A stretch of DNA of 64,000 bases. Origin: Utricularia gibba (taxonomy: Eukaryota > Plantae > Magnoliophyta). Within the stretch, counting starts at the first letter, position 1. Each line of letters opens with the position of its first letter. The notes below the pieces were generated by a model. That model had not been told where the DNA came from. It ran no database searches and was given only the letters and a program-made list of their open reading frames with translations. Of the stretch, positions 50,949 to 64,000 are shown piece by piece. Both the position numbers and the translations under genes were made by a program. The stretch spans positions 62,001 through 126,000 of the forward strand of contig CM007989.1 of the NCBI GenBank assembly GCA_002189035.1. Reading direction: 5' to 3'.

Positions 50949-52901
50949 TCAGGCCACGAAAGCAGCAGCAGCAGCAGCAGCTCTTGGGTTTCTCCTGATG
51001 GGAAGTTGGTCGCAAACCTGGTGTACATCCCGCCGGCACACTTCTCCTCTGTCCCTGTCCACGGCGTAGCAAATGTAGATGGTATCGATGGCATTCTCCA
51101 ACACCAGCACCACATACGCCAGCACCACCATCAGGGAGCCCCACGCCATGAGGGCGACCAAGTAGGCAGCTTCATCTCCACACGCATGGCGCCTTTCAGT
51201 AGAGCGCATACCTGAGGCATCAATCAATCGCACTCTTCACTCACAGTTACGCAATCCCATCATCAAACTCTCCCTGCCGCTGCCTTACCACTATGCCGTA
51301 GGCTGATGATGACACCAGGATGATTCCGGATAGCACTCGAGCAGACACCGTCTCCACGCCGACGGCAGACACAAGGTTGCGGATAAGGAGGTCGTACGTC
51401 ATCTTTGAAGCCTTGCAGTATGCCTCGCCTGTCACGGCTGCCATGTTGATTGTGAATTTGTTAAGAAAATCGACGCCCGACAAAAGCGAGTTGGCACAGA
51501 AGCGCACAACCCTGTTAAGGAATCCGGATCCCTCCTGACTACCGCTGTCCACAACAAAACGAACAGCTCTCAACACACAAATCAGCAATCCAGAGATGCA
51601 TATTGTGCCAAAAGAGGTGCCAAATGCATTTCTGCAAAGTCAGAAACAAGAAACTGAAGATCATGAGACACACAGGGGGGGGGGGGGAGGGGACGACAGG
51701 CAACAGTAAAATCTACATGGAGAAGAAACGCAAAAGGAATGATCCATGTTATGCGATAAAACTTACTCATAGCACTTACAGTCAAATAAAGATCGATAAC
51801 CCAGACAACAACTCATCAAGGAAACACACAGACACACCTCAAGGAACTCCGCATTCCATGCTTCGGCCTTGTGCCATCAGGTGAGAAATACCATTGTGCA
51901 ATTGTTCCGCTGATCACATATATCTGAGCTTCAACCATAGCAGTAGCTGACCACAGCATTGTCAAGATCGCTAGTGCATAATAAGCAGGTACCCAACCAT
52001 CCTGTCTCCAAACACAATGAAAGACCTCACTCCTTTTTTCTGGCACAATCTTCCCATTTCTGTTTGCATATATCAAAAACAGAATGATGGGAATGAAGTA
52101 TACTAGTAAACCGAGTGTTAAAGTCGGTAGAACTCCAAGTAATCCCAAGTTTCTCAACAATGCATTAGAAGCTAAACCAATGACATTCACAGTCAACTCG
52201 ATTATATGCCAGCTCACAACAAATATCCAAACAACCACGCCAACTAACATAAACACAAGGACCAGGACAACAATTCGATAAGTCAACGGAAGGGCACCAC
52301 TGCACTTGGAGCTCAGAGTGCAAGCAATAAACCAATACACATTTATGAAGATTGGGAGAATCAGAAACAGAGGAAGCGACACATAAACCAATTGTTTAGT
52401 GTATCGTTGAAGCAAGAAAAGATGAAACAGAACAAGAGGTGCACTTAATGTTAGAGTGATTATGAGTGTCCACACACAGATTTCCCAGAAGCTCCCAGAT
52501 GAATTGAGAAGATTAGAAGTTTTGAAGGTTGAAAAGGTGGGTCTTGTCCGATTCGAAGCAATTGAATCGAGGAGAACGGGGAAATCTTGAACAAAACTGC
52601 AAGCGGAGGAGGTAGCGTTGAATTCAAAATCGGAAACTTGAAAGCGGTGAAGGTTTCTGTTAATGGATGCAAAGATCCCGAAACCGAAGGTGCAAGCAAC
52701 CATAAGACAAAAGAGAAGGGCAAAAGGAACATCTTTGATCGTACGACGGTCGTAATTGTAAGAGATCTGAAGGTATTGATTGCGATCTTCTTCAGTTTCG
52801 GAAACGGAAACTATGGGCTGGCTAAATTTTGCTGGCTCTATCTTGTCGATGAGCGGTTCGGTGGAAGTTCCCCGAAAGCCAGAACCATCACCTGACTCCA
52901 T
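50949..52901 (-). CDS. Plasma-membrane choline transporter-like (CTL) protein; 3 exons; apparent -1 frameshift at about 51178-51200
   Basis: LQISYNY..R..KD.PF, multiple TM segments, WRQDGWVPAYYALAILTMLWS, VISGTIAQWYFS, NKFTIN.AA.TGEAYC, ENAIDTIYICYA.DRDRGEV. Confidence 0.85.
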
Positions 52902-53431
52902 CTACGAGAATGTGATCTTGGCGGCGGTGGTAGGAAGGTGACGGAATTCCCTATGATAGTGGCACACTGAAAATATGGATAACGATGATCGCGTAATTCG
53001 CAAGTCTTCCACACCCCCCAGAGCCACCTGGACTGGCGGGTATTTCCATATTCAGCCATTATTGAAAAACATCAGCTTTCTTCCTTCTAGACACCAAATG
53101 AGGGGTTGTACAAGTGTCGCCGATGACCAAGTGCTTCACGTCCAGGAGCTCAATGGCAACTGAGGGTAAGGATCAGGCATCCAAATGACAGATTGAGGCC
53201 CTTCCACCGATTTATTTGGAACCAGAGGTCTCATCACAACATTACAGTTGCAAGAATGGTCTGGAAGAATATACAAGGGCTAAGAATCATGTTTTCTGAT
53301 TGGCTCCTGTAAACTCAGCAGCTTCCATAAACTGTAGTAACGGGGTCATGCGATCCTCAACCATGCAACCACCCTCGAGGGCTCCCATCTTCATCAGCTT
53401 AAAACGCTATACACAGGATGCCGAAGCCTGA

Positions 53432-54498
53432 TCACCGCGAACCCATTGATGATAAGCTGATGTGATGCCTCCCAATGTACATCATTGATCTATTAACCAA
53501 AGGGAGCTCCGCAGTATCATTACGCGTTTCTAGGAACTTCGAGCTGCAAAATTTGATCACATGGCTTTCAGTGACTCTCTCGAAATGCAAAATTGAGGGA
53601 AGGCGGCTGCAAATGGTGAGCCCCAAAACCTAACCTGGTGTAGGGCAATGGGCAGAAGATGATGATATAATCCGCGGAGGAACAGGTGAAGGTACTGGTC
53701 TGATCATCGTATGCGTAACTATAAGCACGGGGGCAAGCGTGCTTGAAGAACTGCGAGTACGCCGACGGATGACAAGTCGCCGGAGTATTGTACGCTTCGC
53801 TGCAGCAATAAATCGGATCGCCGAACGCCTCGCAGGCACTCCGGCAGGCGACAGTTTCTAGGCTACGATTGACGGCCGCCACACTGAGCTCCAAAGGACA
53901 AGCGCCGTTCAAATCCACCAGACATCCGGTGGGGCTGCATCCTCCAGTACCGCCCATGGGGATTATCAAAATTGGGAGATTGTAGCCATCCACAAGGCTC
54001 ACATCGTAGAAATCCAACCCTTGGTCTCCATTAAGAGTGAATTCGGCCAGTGTGGCGGGAGGAACCGCGCCGCCGATGCACTCTATGGCACCTGAGCCAC
54101 AATCAGCGGTAGCACAGGAGAATTTCCCGGTGGCAGAATCGGTGGTGCAGTGTGTCCGAGCCCAAACTCGCCCCGACCAGGAATTAGGTACCGAAAAAGT
54201 AGCCGACTTTCCGCTCTTGAGAATGAAGCCAGTTGGATTAAGTACAGTTCTATCAGCCCCGGTCAGTATCCCCGGCCAAATCGTCCGGCGGCACTTGTTC
54301 ACAATCTTGAACGTGGTGCAGTTGATGCCTGTTGAGTTGCAGGGGGTAACACAAATTTCCAATAAAAACCAATACGCTGAAAAGAATAGTTTGTACGACG
54401 AGTATGGCAGTTTAGAAAAAAGGAGAACCTGAGAAGAGTGAAAAAATGAGAATAATAACGACCCAGAAGGAGGATGCAGACTGTGAGGGAGTCGCCAT
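53432..54498 (-). CDS. Thaumatin-like (PR-5) protein with signal peptide and C-terminal extension; 3 exons (54498-54429, 54328-53635, last exon to 53432)
   Basis: TFKIVNKC..TIWPG, WSGRVWART.C, PPATLAEFTL.G..G.DFYDVSLVDGYNLP, ACRSACEAFG...YCC, FK.ACPRAYSYAYDD.TSTFTC. Confidence 0.88.
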
Positions 54499-55272
54499 GT
54501 TAACTCAATTGTGAAGACGACGACGACGACGATCACTGAAAGGAAACTGCTTTACCAATTTTTGGCAAGGGGAAGATGGACTCCGTAAGAAGTTCAGCAT
54601 GCCCCTGTTTTGGGCCAGGCTTCAACTCAATTCCCTTTTCAGCCCATTTAGTGCCACGTAAGCATCACCAAATTCAAACACCAGCAAATAGAAATTTATT
54701 CCAGGTAATTGGTGGTGATCAAAGCCGTCCCCCGCGCCATCCTGAACCTCCCACGACGGCCATCTCCCGATGCGTCTCCGTCATCGGATTCCTTGAAAAT
54801 ACACTCATCGACTACCACTGTAAATCCCTTGCGAGTTAGATAGAGATACATTCCCTTGGCATTTCTGACGGGCTGCAAAGTGATATCCGGCCCCACGGTG
54901 AGTGGGTTGTCGATACCGCAGACTTCTTCGGAGGTCGCCGGACCTGAATCGATCCGAATCGCCCTCGGGTTATTTCCACTCAGAGTGCCGTGGAGGAAGA
55001 GGCGGAGGCTAGTCTGCTTCATCAGATGGTGCCACATGGGGTAGAATGCCAATGTGGCGCATCTATTGTGTGGATGGTAAGGAGATCTAATTATCAAGTC
55101 CAAAACTGGATCGATCCATGGGATCAGGACGAAGTGAGTGTGATTGACAGGCAGCAGGGTTCGGCAGTATAGAGAATCGGATGCAACCCGCATTAGCGAA
55201 GAACCCTTGATACAGGCCCTACTCATGATGATACTAACTAGCTAGCTTACAAATTACAAGTTCAACAAACCA

Positions 55273-56322
55273 TCACTTGCAGCTTGTGAATCTGCAGCTC
55301 GCGTGTGTTGTTTTGCCGGAGTTAGCTCTGAGGAACCGCAAGGCGGTGCGAAGAACTCGTTGATTGGAGCCCATCAACGCCATGTTCAAGTCTTGAATTA
55401 TTCCCAGAGGCTGATATGGGAACACCATGCTGTCATAGGAGTTGAGTAGAGCTGTGGTGGCTTCTCGGAGCAGGGTTCTATAGGGATCACCTCTGCCCCT
55501 CATGGCTTGCCCCAGCGTCATCTCCCTCCCGTATTTGCTCGCGGCCACCGGCCCGAAGACAACCGCCACTTTCGTGTCCGGAGTCACCACTTTCCAGTAG
55601 CATCTATGTTCAGCCATAGCCCATTTCCTGCGCTTCTCAAGTAGATGTGCTCAGAATCGGTAACTAGCATGAACAAGATAATTCAATGTCCCAACTTACT
55701 GGTGTGGACATGCTGAGACTTGAAAGTAAGGCATAGGAGGATAAGCACGGAAAGGCGGCGACGCCCGACGGAGCCGGGGCGGGCGAGGTACGGACACAGG
55801 GGGCGCTGACGGCGGCGTTCGCGAGCAGAAAGGCATGATCACCGCCGGCTGAGATAGCAATGGATCCACGGTGTACAGTTCCACACCAAATACATTAAAT
55901 ACGAGTCTGAGAGACTTGGGTGGGCCTGCAGCAGAGGAACAATTGCCCACTCCGCCGGCGACTCGAGCTGAACAGCCGCTTAAATCCGGGGCGCCCTCGA
56001 GTCTAACGGCGTATACTCCTAACAGGTTGGTGGTTTGTTCTCCCGAACTTGGACCCCGCCATCACTAGTTGTGCACGCGATCTGCACTTTAGCCCCTGCA
56101 TCATATTCAAGTAGAAGCTCTTGAAATGTTTGAAAAGGGGCGCGCTTTTTCTTTGAAATGTTCCAAAGAAACGGTACCGCGTGTGGGAAAATCGAAAATG
56201 GAGATCTGGCCATCTTTGCACTGATCGCAGAACACAGCTCCGGAAATAACTGTGACTCCAGTGACAGCATTGGGAGCCCCAGCAACGAGGAGCAAACACA
56301 GGAGGAGCACCAAATCCATCAC
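55273..56322 (-). CDS. Pollen Ole e 1-domain, proline-rich secreted protein with a protodermal-factor-like C-terminus; 3 exons; apparent -1 frameshift at about 56038-56045
   Basis: Signal peptide, ISGAVFCDQCKDG; after the shift TTN..G.YAVR.EGAPDLSGC; Pro-rich segment; C-terminal GRGDPYRTLLREATTALLNSY...F..ANSG. Confidence 0.8.
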
Positions 56323-57189
56323 TCACCAATTTGGCAGTGGAGAGTGAATAAACGAATGGTGAATCAGGGAGGGGGCTTGCCCTTTAATAAGCAGCGCGGG
56401 GAAATAAGGAGGTTGGAGACAACAGTCCCCATATTCAAGTCCGCGGAGAAAACTAGGATTCTGCTGCTGTACGCACCAACAAAATAATGCACCAAAATCA
56501 AATCTAGAAGCTGGATTACCAGGGACACGATGCGTGTATATATAATATGCCTTGTCCTCCCTCTCCAGTTTACAGCATTACTGCAAAAAACATAAGACTT
56601 GTCATCATTATTCCTGCGGTTTCGGTAACACATGCAGTTGAGATATAAGTGAACCCATACCTCATAACGGCGGAGTCAGGAGTGCCATACAACAACAACT
56701 CAACGAAGGAGGAGCCTGCCATGCCATCAACCAGTACGGAAGAAAAATTCTCATTCCTCAAGCATGAAAGGAATTCATTTGTGTAACTTGACTTCATCCA
56801 GGTGGGGCAACAGCCGGCCCATTGCTGCTTGCCTTCCTGCAAGCACCTTGACACTAGTAATATTAAGATCAATCACTGAAAACCTTGAGGATTTGACAAA
56901 CCAAACTACTGGCTTCGTCCTTGCGCCTCTAGCCCTTCATCACCCCATAGAGAGGGCCTCCCATAATTGAAGCCAATAACTATCATGGTGACTACAGTTA
57001 GTTAAATGCTTGAAAATAGCCAACCACAACATGCATCATTGGAGGCTACTCATCTTCTTTAAAGAATAGTGAAGTGCTCTATTTATCACAGATGCAGTAA
57101 ACGAATTTAGAGGTTACAAGCGAAGCTATAGATACAGACGCTCGTGCACACAGTAACACAAAACCTCGTACTAAAGTTGCTATGATCTG

Positions 57190-59202
57190 TCATACACCGT
57201 TCACACGAGCCTCAAAGCAATCAGAGCTATTCAAGGCTACAAATTGAGCTTCTTCTAGACCCTTCATTGGATCTCCATCGTACCACGTTATTATGCTTCC
57301 TGCACAGATCAACAATCGGACATCAATATCTGTCACTGGAAAATCTAAGCCCATGTTGTTCAAAAGGAAGTACTCCACAAGGCGCTTTCACCAATGCTCA
57401 TACCTAGAGGAGCTGGAGGCTCTACTTCCTTTGTGGAGTGAAGTATGATCGTGCCCGAAACCACGGTTATGAACCCGCAAATTTCAGATGTTATGCTGCT
57501 CACATTCTGACCAGACCAATCCTGTCAAAATACGGTCCGTTACAACCAAACAGATAATCATCAATAGAAAGTCGATTCATATTACACTCACGAGAATGAA
57601 TGTGGCACTACCTTGAACATAATTGCACTTGCGGTTATAGTAAGAGTTGTAAACATGACATAGTATATTGGGGAAACTATGGCCGTATTGAAAGTGTCCA
57701 GTGCCTGAATAATGATGGACAAGAAATGGGGAAACAATTCAAGAATTTAGGCGGTAAACTCACAATACATATGGCCTTGATCATTAGGTGGTTGGTTACC
57801 TTGTTCAAATAATTTAGCTGTGTGACGACACAGACAATGGCAACTGAAAGAAAAAACCATGTTTGACCATAAATAAATTGATTGATCCCCTGCAGCGTAA
57901 GCTTTATGGCAATTCCAATAGCCTTGATGCTCACAACCTACAAGATACACACACATTGACACAATCGAAGAAATTCTTATAAATACAAACCGGTTACAAA
58001 TAAGTGAATTGTGACCGCAAGTCCAGGTATCATCTCAAGGTCATGACAGATGAGAAAATCAGACAAGGAAACCGAATTACCGTTATTGCTCCACTTAAAG
58101 AACAAATGCCCAGGTAAACAAGAATATTTGTCTGCCCATGGAGCGGCTCAAAATGCAGTATTAGCACTAAGACCATGGATAGTGTAGCTCCCGCATAAAT
58201 CAAGAATTCTTGAAAAAAAAACAAGGATAATCACTTTCACACGAAAACAGGCACAACGGTGTTATTGGTACTTTTCCTCACATGAAAAACAAAAAAGAGA
58301 TTAGAACCTGGTTGAGTAGCCAAGTTCCACACTTCTTCCACAGAATTTGGATTTTGTTCTTGAGGAGCATGAATCACAATTATTACAGATCCCACAATGC
58401 AAGAAATACATCCCAGCACACCCATCCTGCCCAGTCTTTCTTTCAACAACAAGTGTGCCAGCACAGCGCTACCCAACAGTGAAACCGATCAACTTTAATC
58501 AGTTAAAACGATGAAAACATTTCTATCAGATACATGATACAGGTCCGATGCATAAATAAACATGCATACCTTACAATAATAGTGACTGCACCCAGAGGAG
58601 TGACAAGAATAGCAGGTGCATATATATAAGCGACAAAATTGGCAACCTCCCCAAGAAACACTAACACGGTTATTAGCAGGTGCAGTATGAGAACATTTCC
58701 CGAAAAATGAGTAGTGTACATCACAACTTACTGGTAATCATTCCTGCCCACCATAGAGGCTCCAGCAAATACGTATAACCTCCAACCCCTGCAGCCGACA
58801 TTACAGAAACTGTAAACCAAAGATGAAAATTTTATACCTTTATAATCAAATAATGTACCCAATAGACAATCCTTTTGAAACGATCAAATGAGACAGCGTC
58901 TGCTATAACATACACTCATCCCTCTGTTTCCCCAATCCTTTCAAATCTATACATCTAAATGCTACTCTACCAGAGATAACGCCAACAAAGTTGAGCAGAA
59001 ACATCAGAAGTCACCCTAATCTCTTTAGAAAAATCTGATCAAGAAAATATATATATGTGATAATTTTTATGGTCGAACCTGCCCGTGTTCCAGCAGCCGC
59101 GGACCGGAGAAGACCTTTCTTCTTCAAAATAAAGCTCGTCCCAATGAACAAACCCGACAGCAATGCTAAAATCAACCCTCTCGTGTTATCGGAGACCGCC
59201 AT
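57190..59202 (-). CDS. NIPA: NIPA-family probable magnesium transporter; 9 exons
   Basis: [97 protein letters not shown]; frame intact. Confidence 0.88.
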
Positions 59203-59878
59203 CACAGCCGCCCTCAATGGAAATCAAAGCGTTGCCCAGTATCCACCAATTGTCGGCGAATAAAAACAAGGGCTTGAAGTACTGAGAAATGAGTTTCCCG
59301 CCCAAAGCATCCAATCGCAACAGTTGATCCAGCAACTGGAGCCGTTGGAGACAAGCTGTTGAGTTGGAACCAGATATAACTAAATAATCCGGCGGCTGGG
59401 GAGAGGGGAGCGGAAGAAACAAAAGCGCAAAAAGTGAATCGCTGTCCCTTCTCCGAGCACCAGTCGTGATCTCTTTTCTCCTAAATTTTCTTTTGTAATG
59501 GCTGTGGAACGCGGAAGATGTGTGATCTGAGGCGGATGGCGGCTCACGCTGATTTAACTCGGTTTCCGCCTTCCAGCCCGCAAGCGAAGTTTCCATACGT
59601 TTTCTCCTTCAAAGCATTTCAAGAATATGTGCAGTCTTACATCATTTTATTACCATGCTCGGACGCCAAAGTAGAAAACACAAACCGACGTCGTTTGTAG
59701 AATCCGACACACACGGCGCACCCCAAGTCAAGCAACCAGACGCAGGCAAGGAAAACGATGAACGGCGGTTCCCAAATCGAGTGGTTTATTTGCAAATGGG
59801 CACAAAAGATGAAGCTTGAAGCAGGGCCAACGCTTCTCTCCCTTGTTGCGTGGCCGGAGAGACCGGGCGGGTCCTGGA

Positions 59879-60411
59879 TTAGCCCGTTCTGAGTATTATG
59901 TGAGCCCCGCTATCAGTGTCGACGACTTCACTAATCTCACCAACCTGCAGGCCGAACGCGGCGTCCTCGAATGGCCTCTGCATCTGTCCCCGGCCGAACG
60001 GGCCTAAAACCATCCCATAAAACAATGATTCAACAACAACAATTACGCCCCAAATCCAAGAATTCTAGAGGCAAGCCGGCACGCACAATGGATTCAAAAT
60101 CAAATCAAGAATTCCACAGGCAAGCCGGGATCAAAGCGATAACGTTAAAGTAATGACAAAAATTGAATACCCATACCTAGATCGCCACCGCGCTTGGCGG
60201 AGCTGCAGTCGGAGAGCCGAGATGCCACATCATCGAACTTGGACCTCCCAGCGAGGATATCGTCGCGGATGGAGGTGAGATGTGCCACGGCCTGGTCCCT
60301 TGTCGTGGCGGAGATGCGGCGGCCTTCAGGATCTTTCCAGGATGACTTTCGCCGGGATCCCTCATGTTTTATCAGTATGTGGGACGCCCTCACCTGCCCA
60401 GAAGACGACAT
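59879..60411 (-). CDS. PIN1At: Parvulin-type peptidyl-prolyl isomerase Pin1 (plant type, no WW domain); 2 exons
   Basis: [37 protein letters not shown]|[34 protein letters not shown]. Confidence 0.92.
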
Positions 60412-60911
60412 TTCACGTATTCAAGGAAGGACCTGCCGGCGGCGATGATTGAGCTTTACGACGAGACGCAGAGCCGAACAAGGGTTTCGGAGCTGCGATG
60501 CTTCCGCGCAGTACAAAGGTAATAACACAAGAACGGAAATAATAAAATGAAGATGGGCTAAAATGGCGGAGTACATGTTGAGAACTTGGATCGGGCCATG
60601 GCGCCGATGAGCTTACTTTTATCTCAACTCGTTCTGTTCTTGACGTGGGCTAAAATGGGTTTGATGGTTCGGACTCAACCTTCCCTAGAAATGGGGGCTC
60701 AAGCGTCAGAGTAGTCTAAAAGCGTCAGAGTCCTGCCGAGAAGCCCAAGATGACAACACTACAGTCTACATCGATGATACGCAACACAGGAACATGGAAT
60801 GCATTGGCATAGCAAGTTGACAAGCTGCTGCGCCGTGGTGAAAACTGTCGTGAATTAATCGGCTCCTGGTTTCAGGGAAGCCCGTATGTATGTGGTCGGA
60901 AAGTGACGAGC

Positions 60912-62397
60912 TTATACCACACCGGAAGGAAGACGCAGCACCAGCTGACCTCCGATAACACTGTGCATCGTGGAAGAGGGGGTGAGCATTATTATCTCGA
61001 GGCAAGGAGATGGGGTTGCACAGGCGGATGGTGCGTACCTTTTGACGTAGTAATAGCAGAAGTCAGCGAGAATGAAGGTCTGAACAACTTCCGATACCAG
61101 AACCATTGAAGGCCAAAATCCATAACCCAACGCTACCAGGAGATGGCCTCTGCTGTCAAGAACCTGCAGCATTCGGATAACGTAGGCCATCACTCGCACC
61201 ACTAAAATCTTAATTCCAGCATTAAAAACCATGAACATAAATGCAAGGTGATGGATGCTGAAAAACAATAACCTGAAGAACCCAGTGAGCACAGCTCAAG
61301 AACCTTGCAACTCCCAATGCAAATACGTAATGCGCGGTGAATGGTTCAACTATCTGCAAACAAGATAATGGAAATGTTGGTGGAGTTAGGCTTCAAGAAG
61401 ACAAGTTGCATATGTTTCAACTCCAGGGAAGTCGTACCCTTGTGTTTTGCATGACTCGCAACTGCGGTAAAACAGAAACAGCTTCTAGATAGACAGCAAA
61501 GGCCCAGGCCATCCGGTTAATAACATGATGATGAGTCGAGGGGTGAACTAAGACAGCCAATACCGCACAAGGAACTATCTGAAAACCAACAGATTGCATT
61601 ATCGAATAATGAGTTGGGCATATGGACATAGATTGATGGACAACGTGAGGCACTTTCTCCACCAATCAAGAGCATGAAAAGGGGAAGAGAGAGAAAAAGA
61701 ATCACACTTACCACAACATACAAGGCAAAATTATCCTTGTCTTCCATATAACTCGACCGCAATTTAAACCGGATAGTGTAAATGACCCACAGGGTTGTTA
61801 TCAGCGTAATTGTATCAAGAACAGTGTGTATGTCGTATTCCATCACAAAACTACAATACAATCTAACAGCTAAAAATACAGCAGTCAGCTCCTGGGATTT
61901 AACTGAAAGTCCTGAAAAGGCAAACAATAAAAAAGAAGCTTATTCAGCCAAAAGAAAAAAAAAAAAAGAAAGCTTTTTATACAACTAAAAAACGATGGAT
62001 CTTTTTTCTAAGACGCTAGTAGGATTAAAAAAAATAAGCAATTGGGCAGCCACCCAGTTCCGAAATTCTCAATCTTGCGGACCCCAACATTACCCCTACG
62101 CTAATTACGACGAATTGGGGGAGAGATATCTCGCAAGTAAACAATGAAGTAACCTGGTACCAACGAAAACCTACCAGCACAGGTCTTCTCCTTGATCAAT
62201 TTGTAAATTAGAACAGATATCCCAATGGAGTGCACAATCTCCGCAACCACGAAGAGATTATCATGATCGTGGACGATGGCTCGTAGAAGAACAAGAGTAA
62301 ACATGCCGGCGATAACGGCGAGAAACGCCTTCATCTTCGGCGGCTGCCGCTTAACCCACGCAGTTGCGGCACGTACCGGCTTTCTCAAGGGGCTCAT
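60912..62397 (-). CDS. ER lumen protein-retaining receptor-related protein (ERD2-related, with extra N-terminal TM); 6 exons
   Basis: WV.RQPPK.KAFLA, VHDHDNLFV.AE.VH, KL.KEKTCAGLS.KSQELTA.FLAVRLYCSFVMEYDIHT, LEAVSVLPQLRVMQN, VEPFTAHYVFALGVARFLSCAHW, QTFILADFCYYY. Confidence 0.88.
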
Positions 62398-63045
62398 CTC
62401 GTAGATCCGGCGGCTTGTGAAACCTGGAAAGAGCCGAGAACCCGGGATAATTTGGCAGCAGGAATGACCGATTAAGCACGGGGGGTGGATACCGCGGGCT
62501 TGCCCCCCTGGGCTTTCTGGTTGGCCCAGTCAGCCCATTGTTCGACACAAGTATCAACTCAAAACCAAAAAACGATTTTGAAAAAGGAAGTGGTTACTGT
62601 GATCTGTCGTTGCCAATCGTCTTGTCAAACAGTGAAAGAAAGGTACACATCACCTGGCCAATTTTATCTACGACTCAACTAACGCCCACCCAGAAGGCCA
62701 GACTGGTTCAATTATTATTTTTTTTCTAGAGAAATAAAAGAAGGTAATTGAAAATTGAATTTTGAGAATCACATGAGCATGGTTCATCCTTGTTTGTCTT
62801 TCATTTGGTGCGCTAGTGGGTGCAGTGTGGTGTCCATTGAATTTATGGCCATGTGAAGTGGAAGGGGGCGATGTTTTTTAGCCTCATCCCAAGGGCAAGG
62901 TGATAAGATGGAGGCCTTTTGGCGTTTCCGTGGTCACCAGTGAATGCGCCATGAGTGTCAGTCAAATGGGATGGATGGTTATTAGGTAGGGGAGGTTCAC
63001 CTAAGAATGTAATCAGTTGAATTACGTTTCTTTTTTATTAGAGAA

Positions 63046-63069
63046 GAGCTGGAGCTGGAGCTGGAGCTG
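63046..63069. repeat. (GAGCTG)4 tandem repeat
   Basis: Direct reading of the sequence. Confidence 0.9.
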
Positions 63070-63412
63070 GTGCAGCCTGTGCCTGCTGGTCCTTATGAAT
63101 TACGTGGTTGAGCCTGTCTGGTCTTCGCGGGTTTCCTTCTTTTTCCTGTGTTGTTGTGTTGCGTGCCATTGGAAAGAAAGAAAGGATGATGAAGTGAAGT
63201 AGTGCAGTGTTGGTAATAGTGAATTGTGATAATGATGGGTGCATGTGGGATGCGTCTAGGAAGGGGCAGGGCGCATGTGCATGTGAGAGATATTTGACAT
63301 CAACATGGTCTTCCGGCTTTGCTCCCAATCGGGTCAATAAAAGATGCGTCATGTGTGCCCCCACCCACCCTCGCTTCGCCTAGCCTTCAACATGCATTGT
63401 ATTGTGTATGCG

Positions 63413-63442
63413 CGGCTCGGCTCGGCTCGGCTCGGCTCGGCT
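63413..63442. repeat. (CGGCT)6 tandem repeat
   Basis: Direct reading of the sequence. Confidence 0.9.
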
Positions 63443-63622
63443 CATGGGGCGGGGCATCGCCATGCCATGCCCCTTGCCCTACTCAACTGCCACCACATGC
63501 ACGTTATTGGTTTGGGGGCTCCCTCGTCCTTGGCAGGCTCCGCTCCAAACAACATGTGGTGGGCGTCTAATCCAATCGGATTCTCCGCTGAACTTGGACC
63601 ACACATAAAGACGTGTGTCATC

Positions 63623-63679
63623 TGTGTGTGTGTGTGCATCTGTGTGTGTGTGAGGGAGGGAGGGAGGGAGGGAGGGAGG
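63623..63679. repeat. Compound microsatellite (TG)7-CATC-(TG)6-(AGGG)n
   Basis: Direct reading of the sequence. Confidence 0.9.
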
Positions 63680-64000
63680 TTCCGTTTCGTCGAAACACTC
63701 ACTAAAAGGCAGGTTGAGCTAGCTGCATAGGGTTTCGCCCTATCGGGCCGGGTTGGATTACTCTTGGGCGGGCTACTGCTGCTGTATTTGTCGTGGACGC
63801 CAATGGTGTGTTTGAATGCAGTTAAATACGTCATCCACTTTTGTCGAGGAAGAGACGAGGCTAGACACACCTGTGTCGGCCTCTGGACTAGTAGCCGTTT
63901 CTTTCTGTGGCCCGGGCCCACCCGCCCCCACCGAAACCCCCAACAGTTGAAGAAGAATTCCTCGTGTATGCTGCTCCCTCCCAGCCCCAGGGCCAGGGGC

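Noticed and set aside
53395-53470. Possible additional frameshift truncating the thaumatin C-terminal hydrophobic tail
   Set aside because: Neither alternative frame gives a convincing TM or GPI signal, so the stop at 53432 may be genuine.

Overview
Eukaryotic nuclear DNA from a flowering plant with a very compact genome. I traced 25 intron-containing or intronless protein-coding genes in 64 kb (about 1 per 2.6 kb; most introns 70-110 nt; many spacers under 450 bp), one collapsed kinesin-14 pseudogene, one MITE with a TAA target-site duplication, and several simple repeats. No tRNA, rRNA, CRISPR array, autonomous transposon or prokaryote-type system was found. The main pattern is that 10 of the 25 genes are each broken by exactly one net 1-bp deletion, and each can be repaired by lengthening a short G or C run. 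This most likely reflects long-read consensus error rather than biology and should be checked against raw reads first. Other leads: the kinesin-14 remnant (promoter-like region, N-terminal and motor fragments retained, middle deleted), an unannotated small ORF with its own UTR-like flanks, four GC-AG introns among roughly 105, and a gene-free stretch of about 3 kb upstream of a BRC1/TB1-like TCP gene. I did not find a convincing novel biological system. Family assignments come from motif recognition and recalled homologous sequences, not database searches.
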